Shown: positions 1 through 11,000 of the stretch, one piece after another
How positions within the stretch are numbered: position 1 is the stretch's first letter
How the letters are laid out: each line of letters opens with the position of its first letter
NCBI GenBank assembly: GCA_023229435.1
Contig: JALNZF010000012.1
Coordinates: forward strand, 30,086 to 94,085
DNA from: Nitrospirota bacterium
GTDB taxonomy: Bacteria; Nitrospirota; UBA9217
Reading direction: 5' to 3'
DNA: 64,000 nucleotides
The notes under the pieces: model-generated
Told to the model about the DNA's origin: nothing
Databases searched by the model: none
The model's input: only the letters and a program-made list of their open reading frames with translations
Program-made: the position numbers and the translations under genes

Positions 1-760
1 ATACTATGTCATAACGCTCGTTCCTGTCCTGGGTCTTGTTCAGGTCGGAGAGCAATCCATGGCGGACCGTTATACCTATCTGCCCAGCCTGGGGCCATTT
101 CTTATTGCCGGGATGGGAGCAGCATATCTTGCGCAAAAATTTCGGCACTCCAAACGAGGAGATACTCTCTCCTCGTTTCTGACTTTGGTCTTGACGCTTT
201 CGATGGCGATTGTCCTCTCCTATGCAACTGTCCGTCAAGCGGGTCTCTGGAGGAATGGCATTACCCTCTGGAGTTCCGTCATTGAGCGGGAACCGACACA
301 GGTGCCCTTTGCCTATCGTCTCCGCGGCCAGGCTTTTGGAAAAGCAGGTCAGTTCGACAGGGCGGCTGCGGATTACAGCAAGGCAATTGCCTTGAACCCC
401 GGGTTCATTGAAACCTATAATGATCTGGGCATGCTCTATGGGAAGGCCGGTCTCTATGAGCAGGCGATAGCGGTCTTCAGCAGGTCGATCTCCCTTGGTC
501 CCGGTCATGCCAAATCGTACAATAATCGGGGTCGTACTTATTTTCACCTTGGTCAATATGGCGAGGCCCTGGATGATCTGAACAGGGCGATCGCGTTAGA
601 TGATACATTCGATGTCGCTTATATTAATCGTGGAGAACTGTATTATCGAACCGGTAAAACAGCACAGGCAGATGCGGATTTTCAGAAAGCATGCGATCTC
701 GGAAACGAAATCGGGTGCACGGCATTGCATCAACTCAGACAAGAATCAAATCCCGAATAG
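1..760 (+). CDS. TMTC-like TPR membrane protein, C-terminal fragment (5' end outside window)
   Basis: In the frame of ORF 59..760, codons 2..58 read YYVITLVPVLGLVQVGEQS, continuous with MADRYTYLPSLGPF. This matches the conserved G(Y)YVVTLIPVLGIVQVG.QSMADRY(T/A)YLPS block of the full-length paralogs at 11379, 13243, 20626 and others. Downstream TPR-like repeats (AYRLRGQAF..AIALNP, TYNDLGMLY, SYNNRGRTYF, AYINRGELYY) and a CDLGNE..C tail resemble the paralogs. Confidence 0.8.
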   Translation, partial: YYVITLVPVLGLVQVGEQSMADRYTYLPSLGPFLIAGMGAAYLAQKFRHSKRGDTLSSFLTLVLTLSMAIVLSYATVRQAGLWRNGITLWSSVIEREPTQVPFAYRLRGQAFGKAGQFDRAAADYSKAIALNPGFIETYNDLGMLYGKAGLYEQAIAVFSRSISLGPGHAKSYNNRGRTYFHLGQYGEALDDLNRAIALDDTFDVAYINRGELYYRTGKTAQADADFQKACDLGNEIGCTALHQLRQESNPE

Positions 761-936
761 CGTGACGCCCTCCGCATAAGATCCATGCGGAAGATCCCTG
801 CTCAGTTAAATCGGAACGTTGGCCGACTTGAGATGCGCTGGCTTGTGGGGGAAGTCCAAGCGAAGGACGTAAAAGAATACGGCTGCGTTCAGCATCTCGC
901 CGATCAGGATACTCCGCCGATCAAACAGACCCTTCC

Positions 937-2691
937 TCACCTGGGAAATTCTGCGAGCGCCTTCTCCAGACTGATCCTGATCTCCGGATCAGAGGGATTC
1001 AGCCGCAATGCCTCGGAATAGTATTTGATGGCTTCTTGTGTTTTCCCTGCCGTTGTTAAAGCGAGCCCCAGATTGTAATGGGCGTCCCCGAGACCAGGGT
1101 CGAGCTGCACGGCTTGTGAGAAATGCTGTATGGCTTCTCCGGCAGATCCCCGTCTGATCAGCGTAATTCCGAGATTATTGTGAACGCGTGCATTCCCCGG
1201 GTCAAGCTGCAGTGATTTCCCATAATATGCGACAGCATCATCCAGCCTTCCAACAATATCAAAATCCGTCGCCATTTTATCGTATACAAAGGCCTCATCA
1301 GGTTTGATCCGTAAGGCCTCGCCATATTGGCGCATTGCTTCACCGTACCTGCCTTGTTTATCAAACGCATCGCCCAGGTTCGTATGAGCAACATAGTTGT
1401 TCTCAGTCACCGCGACGGTATGGGTGAACAGGGCAATGCTGTTTTCCCAGTACTTCAGCTGAATTCGTGCTGAGATCGCGAGCAACAGGACAAGCACACA
1501 ACTGGCGGCCGTCATAAGCATGGTTCGATGGCGCACGCTCGAGGTCGTCTCCGCCGCGCCCCATACCAGCAGGATCGCGAGTCCGATCGATGGAATATAG
1601 GTATACCGGTCAGCCATTGCCTGCAGCCCGACCTGGATCAATCCGATCACCGGGACAAGAGATCCCACAAACCAAAACCAACCCGTCAGTAAAAATGGAT
1701 AACGGCGGGCGAACCATATACATGCCACTGATATGCCCGCCAGAAAAACAAAAGCAAGAATGGCGTGAGTTACGAGAATATGGCCTGGCAGCGGGTAGAG
1801 CACCGCAAGATCCAGAGGCCGGAAGGTCTTCCCCAGGTAGTTCATATAGGCCAGGAACGCGTTGGAGATCCGCTGCATCACCGGATACGCCGGCAGAGAC
1901 AGAAGCGCTTTTGCATCCTTCTGAGCATAGACCGCGATGCCGGAAAAGACTGCTGAAAGGAGAAGGAGCGGCACCTTTTCAGAAAAAAGCCTCACAATGG
2001 ATGCCCTGGTTGCAAGGGCATATGCCGGCTTGCCGGAACCGTGTGGCAATGGTTTGTGCTGCCCTGCATCAAATCGGCAAAAAGGCCAGTAGTCAAGCAG
2101 GAGCAGAAGAAACGGAAGGGTCACGAGCATGGGCTTTGCCATCAAGCCAAGCGCAAAGGATACCATGATCACAAGATATCGCATGATGCTTTGTCGTTCA
2201 ACATAGAATGCGTACGCGAGAAGTGTTGTCATGAAGAAAAAAGCGCTCAAAACATCCTTGCGTTCTGAAACCCAGGCGACCGATTCCACCCGAAGCGGAT
2301 GAAGAGAAAAGATGAGCGCAACCAGGACACTGCGCCAAACGGCGCCTGTTGTCCTGTTCAGGAAAATAAAGAGGAGAAGAGTGGTCAGACCGTGAAGAAT
2401 GACACTGGTGAGATGGTGCCCTCTCGGATTCAGTCCGTAGAGATGCATATCCGCCATGTGAGACAACCACGTCACCGGATTCCAGTTTCCCATGAGTGTT
2501 GTCGTGAAGGCCCATCGAAGGTTCTCGTATGTAAATCCGGTCCGGACGTGAGCATTGCCGGTGACATAGGCAGGATCGTCGTAGTTGATGAATTCATGAT
2601 TGACGGCAGGCCAATACACGGCAACCGTCGTGGCGAACAGAAGCAGTGCGATAATTATAAATTTTGTTTTATCAGTCCGCATAGCGTTCAT
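937..2691 (-). CDS. TMTC-like (DUF1736-type) polytopic membrane protein with C-terminal TPR repeats; putative GT-C protein O-glycosyltransferase
   Basis: 584-aa ORF. N-terminal membrane region carries the TMTC/DUF1736 motifs (YDD..YV.GN, W.P.TWLSH..D..LYGLNP.GHHLTSVILH, HP..VESVAW..ERKD). It has the ADRYTYIPSIG motif and then multiple TPR repeats (AHTNLGDAF, VYDKMATDF, VHNNLGITL, AHYNLGLAL). Confidence 0.8.
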   Translation of the reverse strand: MNAMRTDKTKFIIIALLLFATTVAVYWPAVNHEFINYDDPAYVTGNAHVRTGFTYENLRWAFTTTLMGNWNPVTWLSHMADMHLYGLNPRGHHLTSVILHGLTTLLLFIFLNRTTGAVWRSVLVALIFSLHPLRVESVAWVSERKDVLSAFFFMTTLLAYAFYVERQSIMRYLVIMVSFALGLMAKPMLVTLPFLLLLLDYWPFCRFDAGQHKPLPHGSGKPAYALATRASIVRLFSEKVPLLLLSAVFSGIAVYAQKDAKALLSLPAYPVMQRISNAFLAYMNYLGKTFRPLDLAVLYPLPGHILVTHAILAFVFLAGISVACIWFARRYPFLLTGWFWFVGSLVPVIGLIQVGLQAMADRYTYIPSIGLAILLVWGAAETTSSVRHRTMLMTAASCVLVLLLAISARIQLKYWENSIALFTHTVAVTENNYVAHTNLGDAFDKQGRYGEAMRQYGEALRIKPDEAFVYDKMATDFDIVGRLDDAVAYYGKSLQLDPGNARVHNNLGITLIRRGSAGEAIQHFSQAVQLDPGLGDAHYNLGLALTTAGKTQEAIKYYSEALRLNPSDPEIRISLEKALAEFPR

Positions 2692-2714
2692 GGCAAAGCA
2701 TGTCCAAAATAAGA

Positions 2715-2899
2715 GTAACTACTCAGGTTGGTTGCGGAGCGCAGTCGCAACAAGAGCGCGACTGCCCACCCTCTCGGTTACCCGATAAATCCCGGTGGCG
2801 CGTGCGAAGCGAAAGCGCCGGGAATGCCGTTAATGCCAGGGAAATCGACATCCCCTGCGCTCCTTGCGACGAAGCGAAGCAATCGACCTGAGTAGTTAC
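2715..2899. mobile_element. MITE-like non-autonomous element (185 bp) with 14-bp perfect TIRs and 8-bp target-site duplication
   Basis: GTAACTACTCAGGT at 2715-2728 and its exact reverse complement ACCTGAGTAGTTAC at 2886-2899. Both are directly abutted by the direct repeat AAATAAGA (2707-2714 and 2900-2907). An internal secondary inverted segment (GGAGCGCAG / CTGCGCTCC) is present. The element lies in a non-coding gap between two minus-strand genes. Confidence 0.5.
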
Positions 2900-2935
2900 A
2901 AATAAGAACTGAATCCCGGTTTGAGTTCGAAGTCT

Positions 2936-4912
2936 TCATAGAACAAAGTATGAACAATAGGCCGAAACAGCCCAGCACACGAGGCAGCCGTTGATTGCCG
3001 CCCGCAGCAGCTTGTTTCTTGAAAGAATCTCGAGGCCCGTTACGCATAATATCGCATAGCAAGGGATGAGACCGAGCGTGTACGTCGCTTTTGCGGTACT
3101 CCAAATCGGCACGGTAACGTACATATACAGCAGCGCGGCAACATAAATCCCCATGCACAATACTGAAAAAAGCTGCGCTCGATAAGCCCTGTCCGAAGGT
3201 TTGGCCAGGGTGGTCAGAATGCCTGCGAGTATACCCGCTGTCGGTACCAGAGAGATCAGAGACCCCGAGATCATAAAATTATAATTCCATGGGGGACGGT
3301 ATATATATACACCGATACCGCTCAGACCTCCATCCAGCCAGAGGGTGGAATACAATGAGTCCCAGAATCCATGCACTGCTGAATAAATCGGAGCGGATAG
3401 CGATCGCCCAAAGACGAAGAAATCACCAACTGTCCGATAACCCGGGTCCTGCCACCAGGCCGAAGACTCCCATCCCCCCACAAAAGGTCTGCCGAGCTCT
3501 ATCCAGTTCCGGATGTAATACCAGCCTGATAGAGCAAAAATAATTCCCGTGACCAGCAATACCCTCACTGTTATGTATCTTATGGACTGTTGTCTTTTGT
3601 GCAGTACGTAAATTACGAGCATGACGGCCGGAGGGACGAGCAGAACGGCGGTCACTTTCGTTAAGAGGGAGAGACCCAACGCCGTCCCCAGAAAGAGAAA
3701 GTACCTTTCAGGAATGATCTCCTGTTCGGAGGTAATCAGGAAAATTCCGACAACGACCGCGCATGCTGAAAGAAGCCCCGACAAGGGTTCATTTCCCACG
3801 ACCTGCGAAATATACAGATTCATCGGGAGAAGCCCCCCGACAATAGTCCCCCATATCTGAAGGTCCCGTCGGTTCGGGAATACGTACCGTGTTGCCCGAT
3901 AAGCCAGCTCGACCTGCAGTAAGCCGCAGAGCAAGGGAATGATCCTGAGCAACAGCATAGCGGTAGGGATTTCAAACCAATGTGATAGAGGGAACTGCCA
4001 GGCCAATGCCGAGAGAATGTAATAAAGAGGAGACTGAAACATTTGCCAGCCTTGCGTGGCAAGGGGAACCCTCCCGGTATTAGCGACGTATTCGATGTAT
4101 TCATAATGCTCTTGCACGTCCATTCCGGTTTCTATGGGAAGTTTGAGAATATTATTGACTGCAAGGATTGCCCAAAGTGCCAGAAGAAGCCAACGTATGT
4201 GGGAAGAGGTTGGGCTGAACTTTTCTATCGTTTTTCTCGCTTCCCTCGGCGAAGAGGCAATGAGGGTCAGGAAAAAGACCCCAAGAAAGATGGGTACGTA
4301 AAGTAGTAAGAGAGAAATAAAAGCCCTCCCGGAACCATGAAAATGTTCAGCCAGCTCCGGGTTCTTGTTCATGTCAGCGGGCACAGCCCCGGTCCACAAC
4401 AGCTCATCATAGCTTGCTTCCCACTCGGGCCCGGTAGCCAGCTTGAGCGTTGGGATGTACGCAAGCAAGACCGCCGGTCCGTTCTTGTTAAAAACTCTTA
4501 TGAAAATTTCATGCATCCCCGGACCGAGGATGCCGGTAAGATCGAATATCCGGGCATTCTTCCATCGGCCAAGGTCGGACTCCACCGGCTGGATACGTTT
4601 GCCGTCCAGATATGCTTCCGGATCCCCTAAAGCGCGGATGGTGAGCCTTGTTGCTGAAGGCGCTTGATCGACGCTAAAACGCTTCCGGTATGATACGTGT
4701 TCTCCCTCCCGCTGTGCCTCCATGGCGAACGGCCTGTCGATATATATCCAGGCCGCGCCTTGCTCCGAAAAAAGAAGCGGGGAATCGCCGCCTTTCGTCA
4801 TGAGAAAGAAACCCGCGATGATGACGAGGAGTGCCATAACCAGGCCGGGCAGCAGGATTTTTTTGTTCGGAAATTTCATGTTCGATTTCGTTTCAGGCAA
4901 AGGTACCATCAC
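2936..4912 (-). CDS. GT-C glycosyltransferase, GT39/GT83 (ArnT/PMT)-like, with an extra N-terminal periplasmic domain
   Basis: 658-aa ORF with N-terminal TM, a ~170-aa soluble segment, then ~11-12 TM helices. The first loop motif DVQEHYEYIEYVANTGRVPLATQGWQMFQSPLYYIL resembles the ArnT/PMT signature DE..Y...A..M...G.W..P...G..YFEKPPL.YW. Start uncertain: the tool start is GTG; an alternative ATG at 4879 gives MKFPNKKILLPGLVMALLVI. Confidence 0.6.
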   Translation of the reverse strand: MMVPLPETKSNMKFPNKKILLPGLVMALLVIIAGFFLMTKGGDSPLLFSEQGAAWIYIDRPFAMEAQREGEHVSYRKRFSVDQAPSATRLTIRALGDPEAYLDGKRIQPVESDLGRWKNARIFDLTGILGPGMHEIFIRVFNKNGPAVLLAYIPTLKLATGPEWEASYDELLWTGAVPADMNKNPELAEHFHGSGRAFISLLLLYVPIFLGVFFLTLIASSPREARKTIEKFSPTSSHIRWLLLALWAILAVNNILKLPIETGMDVQEHYEYIEYVANTGRVPLATQGWQMFQSPLYYILSALAWQFPLSHWFEIPTAMLLLRIIPLLCGLLQVELAYRATRYVFPNRRDLQIWGTIVGGLLPMNLYISQVVGNEPLSGLLSACAVVVGIFLITSEQEIIPERYFLFLGTALGLSLLTKVTAVLLVPPAVMLVIYVLHKRQQSIRYITVRVLLVTGIIFALSGWYYIRNWIELGRPFVGGWESSAWWQDPGYRTVGDFFVFGRSLSAPIYSAVHGFWDSLYSTLWLDGGLSGIGVYIYRPPWNYNFMISGSLISLVPTAGILAGILTTLAKPSDRAYRAQLFSVLCMGIYVAALLYMYVTVPIWSTAKATYTLGLIPCYAILCVTGLEILSRNKLLRAAINGCLVCWAVSAYCSYFVL

Positions 4913-4963
4913 TGTGTTAGAATTATCGTTCAGCGGTGTTGTTCACGAATGTTCAGACTGCCT

Positions 4964-7900
4964 TCACCTCGCCTCCTGGTCAACTTTCATCTCGACCAGT
5001 CCCTTTATTTTGGGCAGCAGCGAGGTTGTCGACGGGTATTTTTTCCCGGAGGCAACAGCCTTGTTCTGCTCTTCGTAATAGAGCGCCTGAACGCTTTTCA
5101 AAACATCGTCAACAAAGTCAGTAATATATGCTTCTTTATTCGCGCCATGGACTTTTAATTTCCCGAAAACAGTCCGGGTGTTCTGGTCGACGAAAAAGAC
5201 TCTCGCGCTTTCAGGACTGTTCTGTAATAAAACCGCTGAAAATCGTATTTTAACAATCTCCTTTTCATTGATAAGCGTCAATTCGATTTGTTTAAGGAGC
5301 TTCGGTGTTCCCCCGCTTTCTTCAGATGTTTCGTTTTTCAGGAACCGCCAGGGCGCATAAGCGGGGTATTGAGCATCCAGCTCGGCCGTCAGTTTTGCAT
5401 ACTCCGGAGCGTCAGTACGTCCGGCAAGCATCAGCACATGGGCACGATCATCCAGAATAGCGGCGCGTGAATTCTTTTCCCATCGTTCTATCTGCCTGGC
5501 CCGTCCAATCTCATCAACAGGGCTGAGCAGATAGGGGAGGATGCTTTCCCGGTATTTTATCAAGTCGTAGGTATTCGTCCACATAAGATAGCCCTTCCCG
5601 ATGCTCTGGGGAGCGGAAAATTCGAGGTATAAATTGTCGTCCGTATTGATTACTCCTCCGGAACTGTATGCCCTGGCGCCTTCGGTCCCCATCAGGAAAT
5701 AGCTCAGGAAAGCTTCGGCCGACCCCATCTTGACCCGTGCCAGATCCTGCAGGACCTGCGGTTCCCTGATCCGGCGCTCCAGATCCTTTTCGTCAATGAT
5801 GATGGGGGCGTTGCTGCCGATAAGCTCCACGTCATCATGGGTCAGCCATACCATGATGTATGGAAAATTTTGTCTCAGGGTTGCGACAATTGACTTGAGG
5901 TTTTCATCGGAAAGCTCATAGAGGGGGAGCCATTGGCAGACAATGCCGCCCGGATTGAGATGTTCCGCTGCAAGTTTGAAATACTCGGTCGAGTAGAGAT
6001 ACCCGGTCCCGCTGAACCAGGGATGGATCGGATCCGCGGTAATGACATCAAATTTCTCTTTCGTGGTCATCAGGAAATTCCGGCCATCGTTAAAGACGAT
6101 CCTCAGCTTGGGATTGTCCAGGACATAGTGGTTGTAAATACCGAACGTCCTTGCCACACCAAGCACCTTTGGTTCGATCTCGGCGAGCGTGATCTGTTCC
6201 ACGCTCGGGTGCACCGACGTGGCGCCCAGGGTCATGCCGCTGCCCGTGCCGAGCACGAAGACCTTCTTCGGGTTCTTATTGAGCAGCATCGGCAGATGCC
6301 CCAGCGTGTACTGGCATTGCATTCCTTCGTTGCTGTTTGATGCCTCCACCCTGCCGTTGGTGATGAAAGACAGGAACTCCCCCGATTGAATGGAACTTAC
6401 GATCGCCTGGGCGCCCTCACCATAGTAAATGATGTTGGCGGTGTTCATGATTTCCCGGGCCTTCTCCGGCGTGCTGTACATCTCGCGGTGGTTGGACTGA
6501 TAAAGGGCGTAATATTTGATATCCCAGAGCCGCCACATGCCGGGATTCAGAAGCAGGAAAAGAATGACGGCAGCCACAGCGCCGGCTGTCGCCCAATTCA
6601 AGGACTTTTTCCCCTTGATGCTCACCATCACGAGCAGGCCATACCCAATGTTGATCAGGATGATCAACTGCAGGGACAGTTGCAGCCCGAGCAGATAGAT
6701 GAGGACAAAACCGCTCACAGCAGACCCGAGAATGGCCCCGATCGTATTGTAGGACAGGATTTCGCCGACCACCGAACCGACCTGTTTTTTATGCCTGCTG
6801 TGGATGGCGCCGGCCAGCGGGAACGCGATACCCATGAAAAATGCAGGAACAAACAGGAAGGAAAACGCGAGGACAAAATTTACCAGCTGACTCGTTTTGA
6901 ACGGATCAAGATTGGATTTAAGGTTATGAACAGCATCGTAAAGAAACGCTGAATAAGTCGGCAGGTCCCTGATATGGAGCGTTACGAGCAGCGCCGCAAT
7001 GCCGATCATCACCTGGGTAAGTCCAAAACCGATGACCGAATTCAAGCCGTATCCCGTTGTTCCGTCCGGGCGCATTCCCGATCTTTTGATCATCAGACCG
7101 TAGGCCGCGCTCCCGAGACCGATTCCCGTAAGGAAGGCCATCAACAGAAGGGTAAAGCCATAGGTGCTTGCGCCGATTATGATGCTGAGGATCCTGGTCC
7201 ACAGGACCTCGTATCCCAGAGCGCAGAACCCGCTGACGCCAATACCCCAGAGCACCAGCTTGAGCGAGAAAGCGGACACACACGGTTCCTTCGTGTCCCC
7301 CGACAGTGCAGCATCAGTCAGATTCTCATCCCCCCTGTCAGCTTCATCCAGGACCACCTGGGCCTTATTCTGCAGCGCAATACTGAGTATGCCGATCAGC
7401 ACATTGAGCAGCAATGCTGCCGTGATGGTCGTGCTCACCGAATAATAGCGAAGCAGGAAAAAACCGGCTGACGCGGCGCCGACAACAGCTCCCAGCGTAT
7501 TGAATCCATACAGGAAGGAAAGCCGCCGGCCCGGTCCCTTCATGTGGCCGGTCGTGAAGCTCGACAGGACCGGAAGCGTGCCTCCCATGAGCGTGGTGGG
7601 CACGATCATGGCGATTGCAGCCAGTGTAAAACGTATGAACGAGAGGTAAACAGGGGACGTGTCCGCTATCCGGGCAAGAGGGACATACAGCGATGGATAA
7701 AAACGGATCAGGGCAAGAAACACCAGGGCAGATGCGGCAATGCCTAACTCAAGAAATCCGTACAGCCGCAACAATCGGGTGTACCTGCCGGCATACTTGC
7801 CGATCGTGTAGCTCCCGAAGGCGAGACCGCCCATGAAAACAGACAAAACCGTTGTTACCGCCAGGTGGGAGCCGCCAAAGATCAGGCTCAGGTAGCGGAC

Positions 7901-7981
7901 CCATACCACCTCGTACATGAGGGCGGCCGCGCCTGACAGGAAAAAAAGCAGGTAAATAAGACTTAAAATGATTATTTGCAT
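4964..7981 (-). CDS. fused MFS-transporter-like / spermidine-synthase-like (PABS) protein
   Basis: 1005 aa. The N-terminal ~500 aa has ~12 TM helices. The C-terminal half has a class-I MTase/spermidine synthase fold (VFVLGTGSGMTLGATSVHPSVEQITLAEIEPKV, IVFNDGRNFL, DVITADPIHPWFSGTGYLYSTEYF). This is the architecture annotated elsewhere as 'fused MFS/spermidine synthase'. Confidence 0.85.
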   Translation of the reverse strand: MQIIILSLIYLLFFLSGAAALMYEVVWVRYLSLIFGGSHLAVTTVLSVFMGGLAFGSYTIGKYAGRYTRLLRLYGFLELGIAASALVFLALIRFYPSLYVPLARIADTSPVYLSFIRFTLAAIAMIVPTTLMGGTLPVLSSFTTGHMKGPGRRLSFLYGFNTLGAVVGAASAGFFLLRYYSVSTTITAALLLNVLIGILSIALQNKAQVVLDEADRGDENLTDAALSGDTKEPCVSAFSLKLVLWGIGVSGFCALGYEVLWTRILSIIIGASTYGFTLLLMAFLTGIGLGSAAYGLMIKRSGMRPDGTTGYGLNSVIGFGLTQVMIGIAALLVTLHIRDLPTYSAFLYDAVHNLKSNLDPFKTSQLVNFVLAFSFLFVPAFFMGIAFPLAGAIHSRHKKQVGSVVGEILSYNTIGAILGSAVSGFVLIYLLGLQLSLQLIILINIGYGLLVMVSIKGKKSLNWATAGAVAAVILFLLLNPGMWRLWDIKYYALYQSNHREMYSTPEKAREIMNTANIIYYGEGAQAIVSSIQSGEFLSFITNGRVEASNSNEGMQCQYTLGHLPMLLNKNPKKVFVLGTGSGMTLGATSVHPSVEQITLAEIEPKVLGVARTFGIYNHYVLDNPKLRIVFNDGRNFLMTTKEKFDVITADPIHPWFSGTGYLYSTEYFKLAAEHLNPGGIVCQWLPLYELSDENLKSIVATLRQNFPYIMVWLTHDDVELIGSNAPIIIDEKDLERRIREPQVLQDLARVKMGSAEAFLSYFLMGTEGARAYSSGGVINTDDNLYLEFSAPQSIGKGYLMWTNTYDLIKYRESILPYLLSPVDEIGRARQIERWEKNSRAAILDDRAHVLMLAGRTDAPEYAKLTAELDAQYPAYAPWRFLKNETSEESGGTPKLLKQIELTLINEKEIVKIRFSAVLLQNSPESARVFFVDQNTRTVFGKLKVHGANKEAYITDFVDDVLKSVQALYYEEQNKAVASGKKYPSTTSLLPKIKGLVEMKVDQEAR

Positions 7982-8056
7982 AACATGCCTCTTCTCTCCG
8001 AGGAGCGATCAGTCAAACAGTCAAGGATATGCGATTGAGTGCTGTCCTGACTGCTG

Positions 8057-11000
8057 TTACTGGCCTGCATTCCGTTCGACAAGATTTCTAATTTTAGGAA
8101 AGAGAGCGGTTGCTGACGGTTTTGTCTTGCCGGAGGCGGCCGCGAACTTCAGCTCATCGTTATAGAGCGACTGAACACCGAGCACTATGCTGTCCACAAC
8201 CCCTGCAATATAACGTTCCCTATTCGCTCCCCTGACCCTCAGCTTCCCGAAAATAACTCGTGAGTTGCCGTCAACAAAGAGCACCCGCGCTGCTTCGTCG
8301 GTATTCCTCATTATGACTGCCGCAAATTTGAGAGTAACTGCTTCCCCCCTGTCGTTGATCATTGCCAGCTCGATTTGCTTGAGGAGTGTCGGTGTCCCGC
8401 CCGCTTCATCAGGCATCTCGGTTCTCAGGTAACGCCAGCGGGCGTAGGAGGGATAGCGTGCGTCAAGTTCAGCCGACAATTTCTTAAACTCAGGGTCCTC
8501 AAATCGTCCGGCAAGCGCCAGGACGTGTGCCTGATCATTCAGGAGCGCTGCTTTGAAATTTCGCTCCCACCTGCTTTTCTGCGCGGCCCTCCCGGCCTGA
8601 TCCTCGGGGCGGTGGAGATAGGGAAGAATGCTTTCCCGGTAGGTAAGCAGGGTGGATACATTCTCCTGCTGCAGCCGACTGATGCCGATGCTTTGGGGCG
8701 CTGAAAATTCAAGGTACAGGTTGTCGTCCGTATTGACTATTCCCCCGCTGCTGTACGTTCTGGCGCCCTCGGTCCCCATCAGGAAATAGCTCAGGAAATC
8801 CTCGGCCGACCCCATCTTGACCCGTGCCAGATCCTGCAGAATCTCCGGTTCCCTGATGCGCCGCTCCAGTTCCTTTTCGTCAATGACAATGGGGGAATTG
8901 CTGCCGATAAGCTCCGCGTCTGTTTGTGTCAGCCAAACCATCGTATAGGAAAAATTATTTCTCAAGGTTTGCACAATTGACTTGAGGTTTGCTTCAGAAA
9001 GCTCATAGAGGGGGAGCCACTGGCAGAGAATGCCGCCCGGGTTGAGATGTTCCGCCGCAAGTTTAAAATACTCGGTCGAATAGAGGTACCCGGCCCCGCT
9101 GAACCAGGGATGGATCGGATCAGCGGTAATGACATCAAATTTTTCTTTCGTGGTCATCAGGAAGTTCCGGCCATCGTTAAAGACGATCCTCAGTTTGGGA
9201 TTGTCCAGGACATAGTGGTTGTAAATACCGAACGTCCTTGCCACACCAAGCACCTTCGGCTCGATCTCGGCGAGCGTGATCTGCTCCACGCTCGGGTGCA
9301 CCGACGTGGCGCCCAGGGTCATGCCGCTGCCCGTGCCGAGCACGAAGACTTTCTTCGGGTTCTTATTGAGCAGCATCGGCAGGTGTCCCAGCGTGTACTG
9401 GCACTGCATATCATTGCCGGCATTCGATGCTTCAACCCTGCCGTTGGTTATGAACGTCTGGAACTCCCCCGACTGTATAGAGCTCACGATCGCCTGGGCG
9501 CCCTCTCCATAATACAGGATGTCCGCGTTCTCCATGGCGGTTCTGGCTTTTTCCGGCGTGCTGTACATCTCCGGGTGGTTGGATTGATAAATGGCGTAAT
9601 ATTTTATGTTCCAGAGCCGCCACATGCCGGGATTCAGAAGCAGGAAAAGAATGATGGCAGCCATGGAAGCGGCTGTCGCCCAATTCAAAAACTTTTTCTC
9701 TTTGACGCTCACCATGACAAGCAGGCCATACCCGATGTTGATCAGGATGATCAATTGCAGGGATTGCTGAATCCCGAGCAGATAGATGAGGACAAAACCG
9801 CTCACAGCCGACCCGAGAATGGCCCCGATCGTGTTGTAGGACAGGATCTCGCCCACCGCCGGGCCCACCAGCTTTTTGTAGTGGCCATGGATCGTGCCGG
9901 CAAGCGGGAATGCGATGCCCATGAAAAACGCCGGTGCGAACATGAAGGAAAATGCAAGGGCAAAATCGGCCATCTGCCGCGCTTTGAACGGATCAACATT
10001 GAACTTCAGATCATGAACAAAATCGTATACAAAAACCGTATACGTCGGCAAGTTCCTGATATGCAGCGTTACGAACAGCGCCGACAGGCCGATAATCACC
10101 TGTATGAGACCAAAACCGATGACCGCTTTCCCGGAATATTGCTCTGTTCCTCTACGCGGTTTTCCCAGTATCCTGAGAAACAGACCGTACGCGCCGCTCC
10201 CGAGGCCGATTCCCGCAAGGAAGGCCATCAACAGCAGGGTAAAGCCGTACGTACTCGCGCCGATGACGATGCTGAGGATCCTGGTCCAGAGCACCTCATA
10301 TCCCAAGGCGCAGAATCCGCTCACCCCCCCGCCCCAGAGCACCAGCTTGAGGGGAAAGAGTGTCCCCGGGGGGGGGGCCGCGACCGTTCGCGGGATATCG
10401 CCCTTCTCCACAGCGTTCTCTCCCGTGACCGCTTTGCCGAGGGCCGCCTGCGCCCTGCCCTGCAGCGCAATTGCCAGGACGCCGATCAGAACATTGATAA
10501 CCACTGCAATGGTCATCGCGGTACTAACGGAATAACGAGGCAGAAAAAAGAAACCGGTTGCGGCGACGCCGACCACAGCACCGATGGTATTAAATCCGTA
10601 AAGAAAAGAGAAACGACTGCCCGGTCCCTGCGCGCTTCTTGTGACGAGACTCGACAATACCGGGAGTGTTCCTCCCATCAGCGTGGTTGGTACGATCAGG
10701 GCGATTATTGAAAACAGAATACGGATGCTTGAGAGATAAACAGGCGAGGAGTCGGATATCCGGGCAAGCGGTACATAAATTGACGGGTAGAAGCGCATCA
10801 ATGCCAGAAATGCAAGGGCTGATGCGGCAATTCCCAACTCAAGCAACCCGTACAGCCGCAACAATTGTTTGTACTTGCCGACACGCTTGCCGATTGTATA
10901 GCTCCCGAGAGCAAGGCCACCCATAAAAACAGCCAGGACCGTGGTTACCGCGAGGTGAGAGCCTCCAAAGATCAGGCTCAGGTAGCGGACCCAAACCAAC

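Noticed and set aside
9047-10711. 554-aa ORF antisense to the fused MFS/spermidine synthase gene (also 5933..6340 and 6386..6952 opposite the paralog)
   Set aside because: Shadow ORFs of high-GC coding sequence. The sense strand gives a full-length, motif-rich protein with a paralog, whereas the antisense product has no recognisable features.
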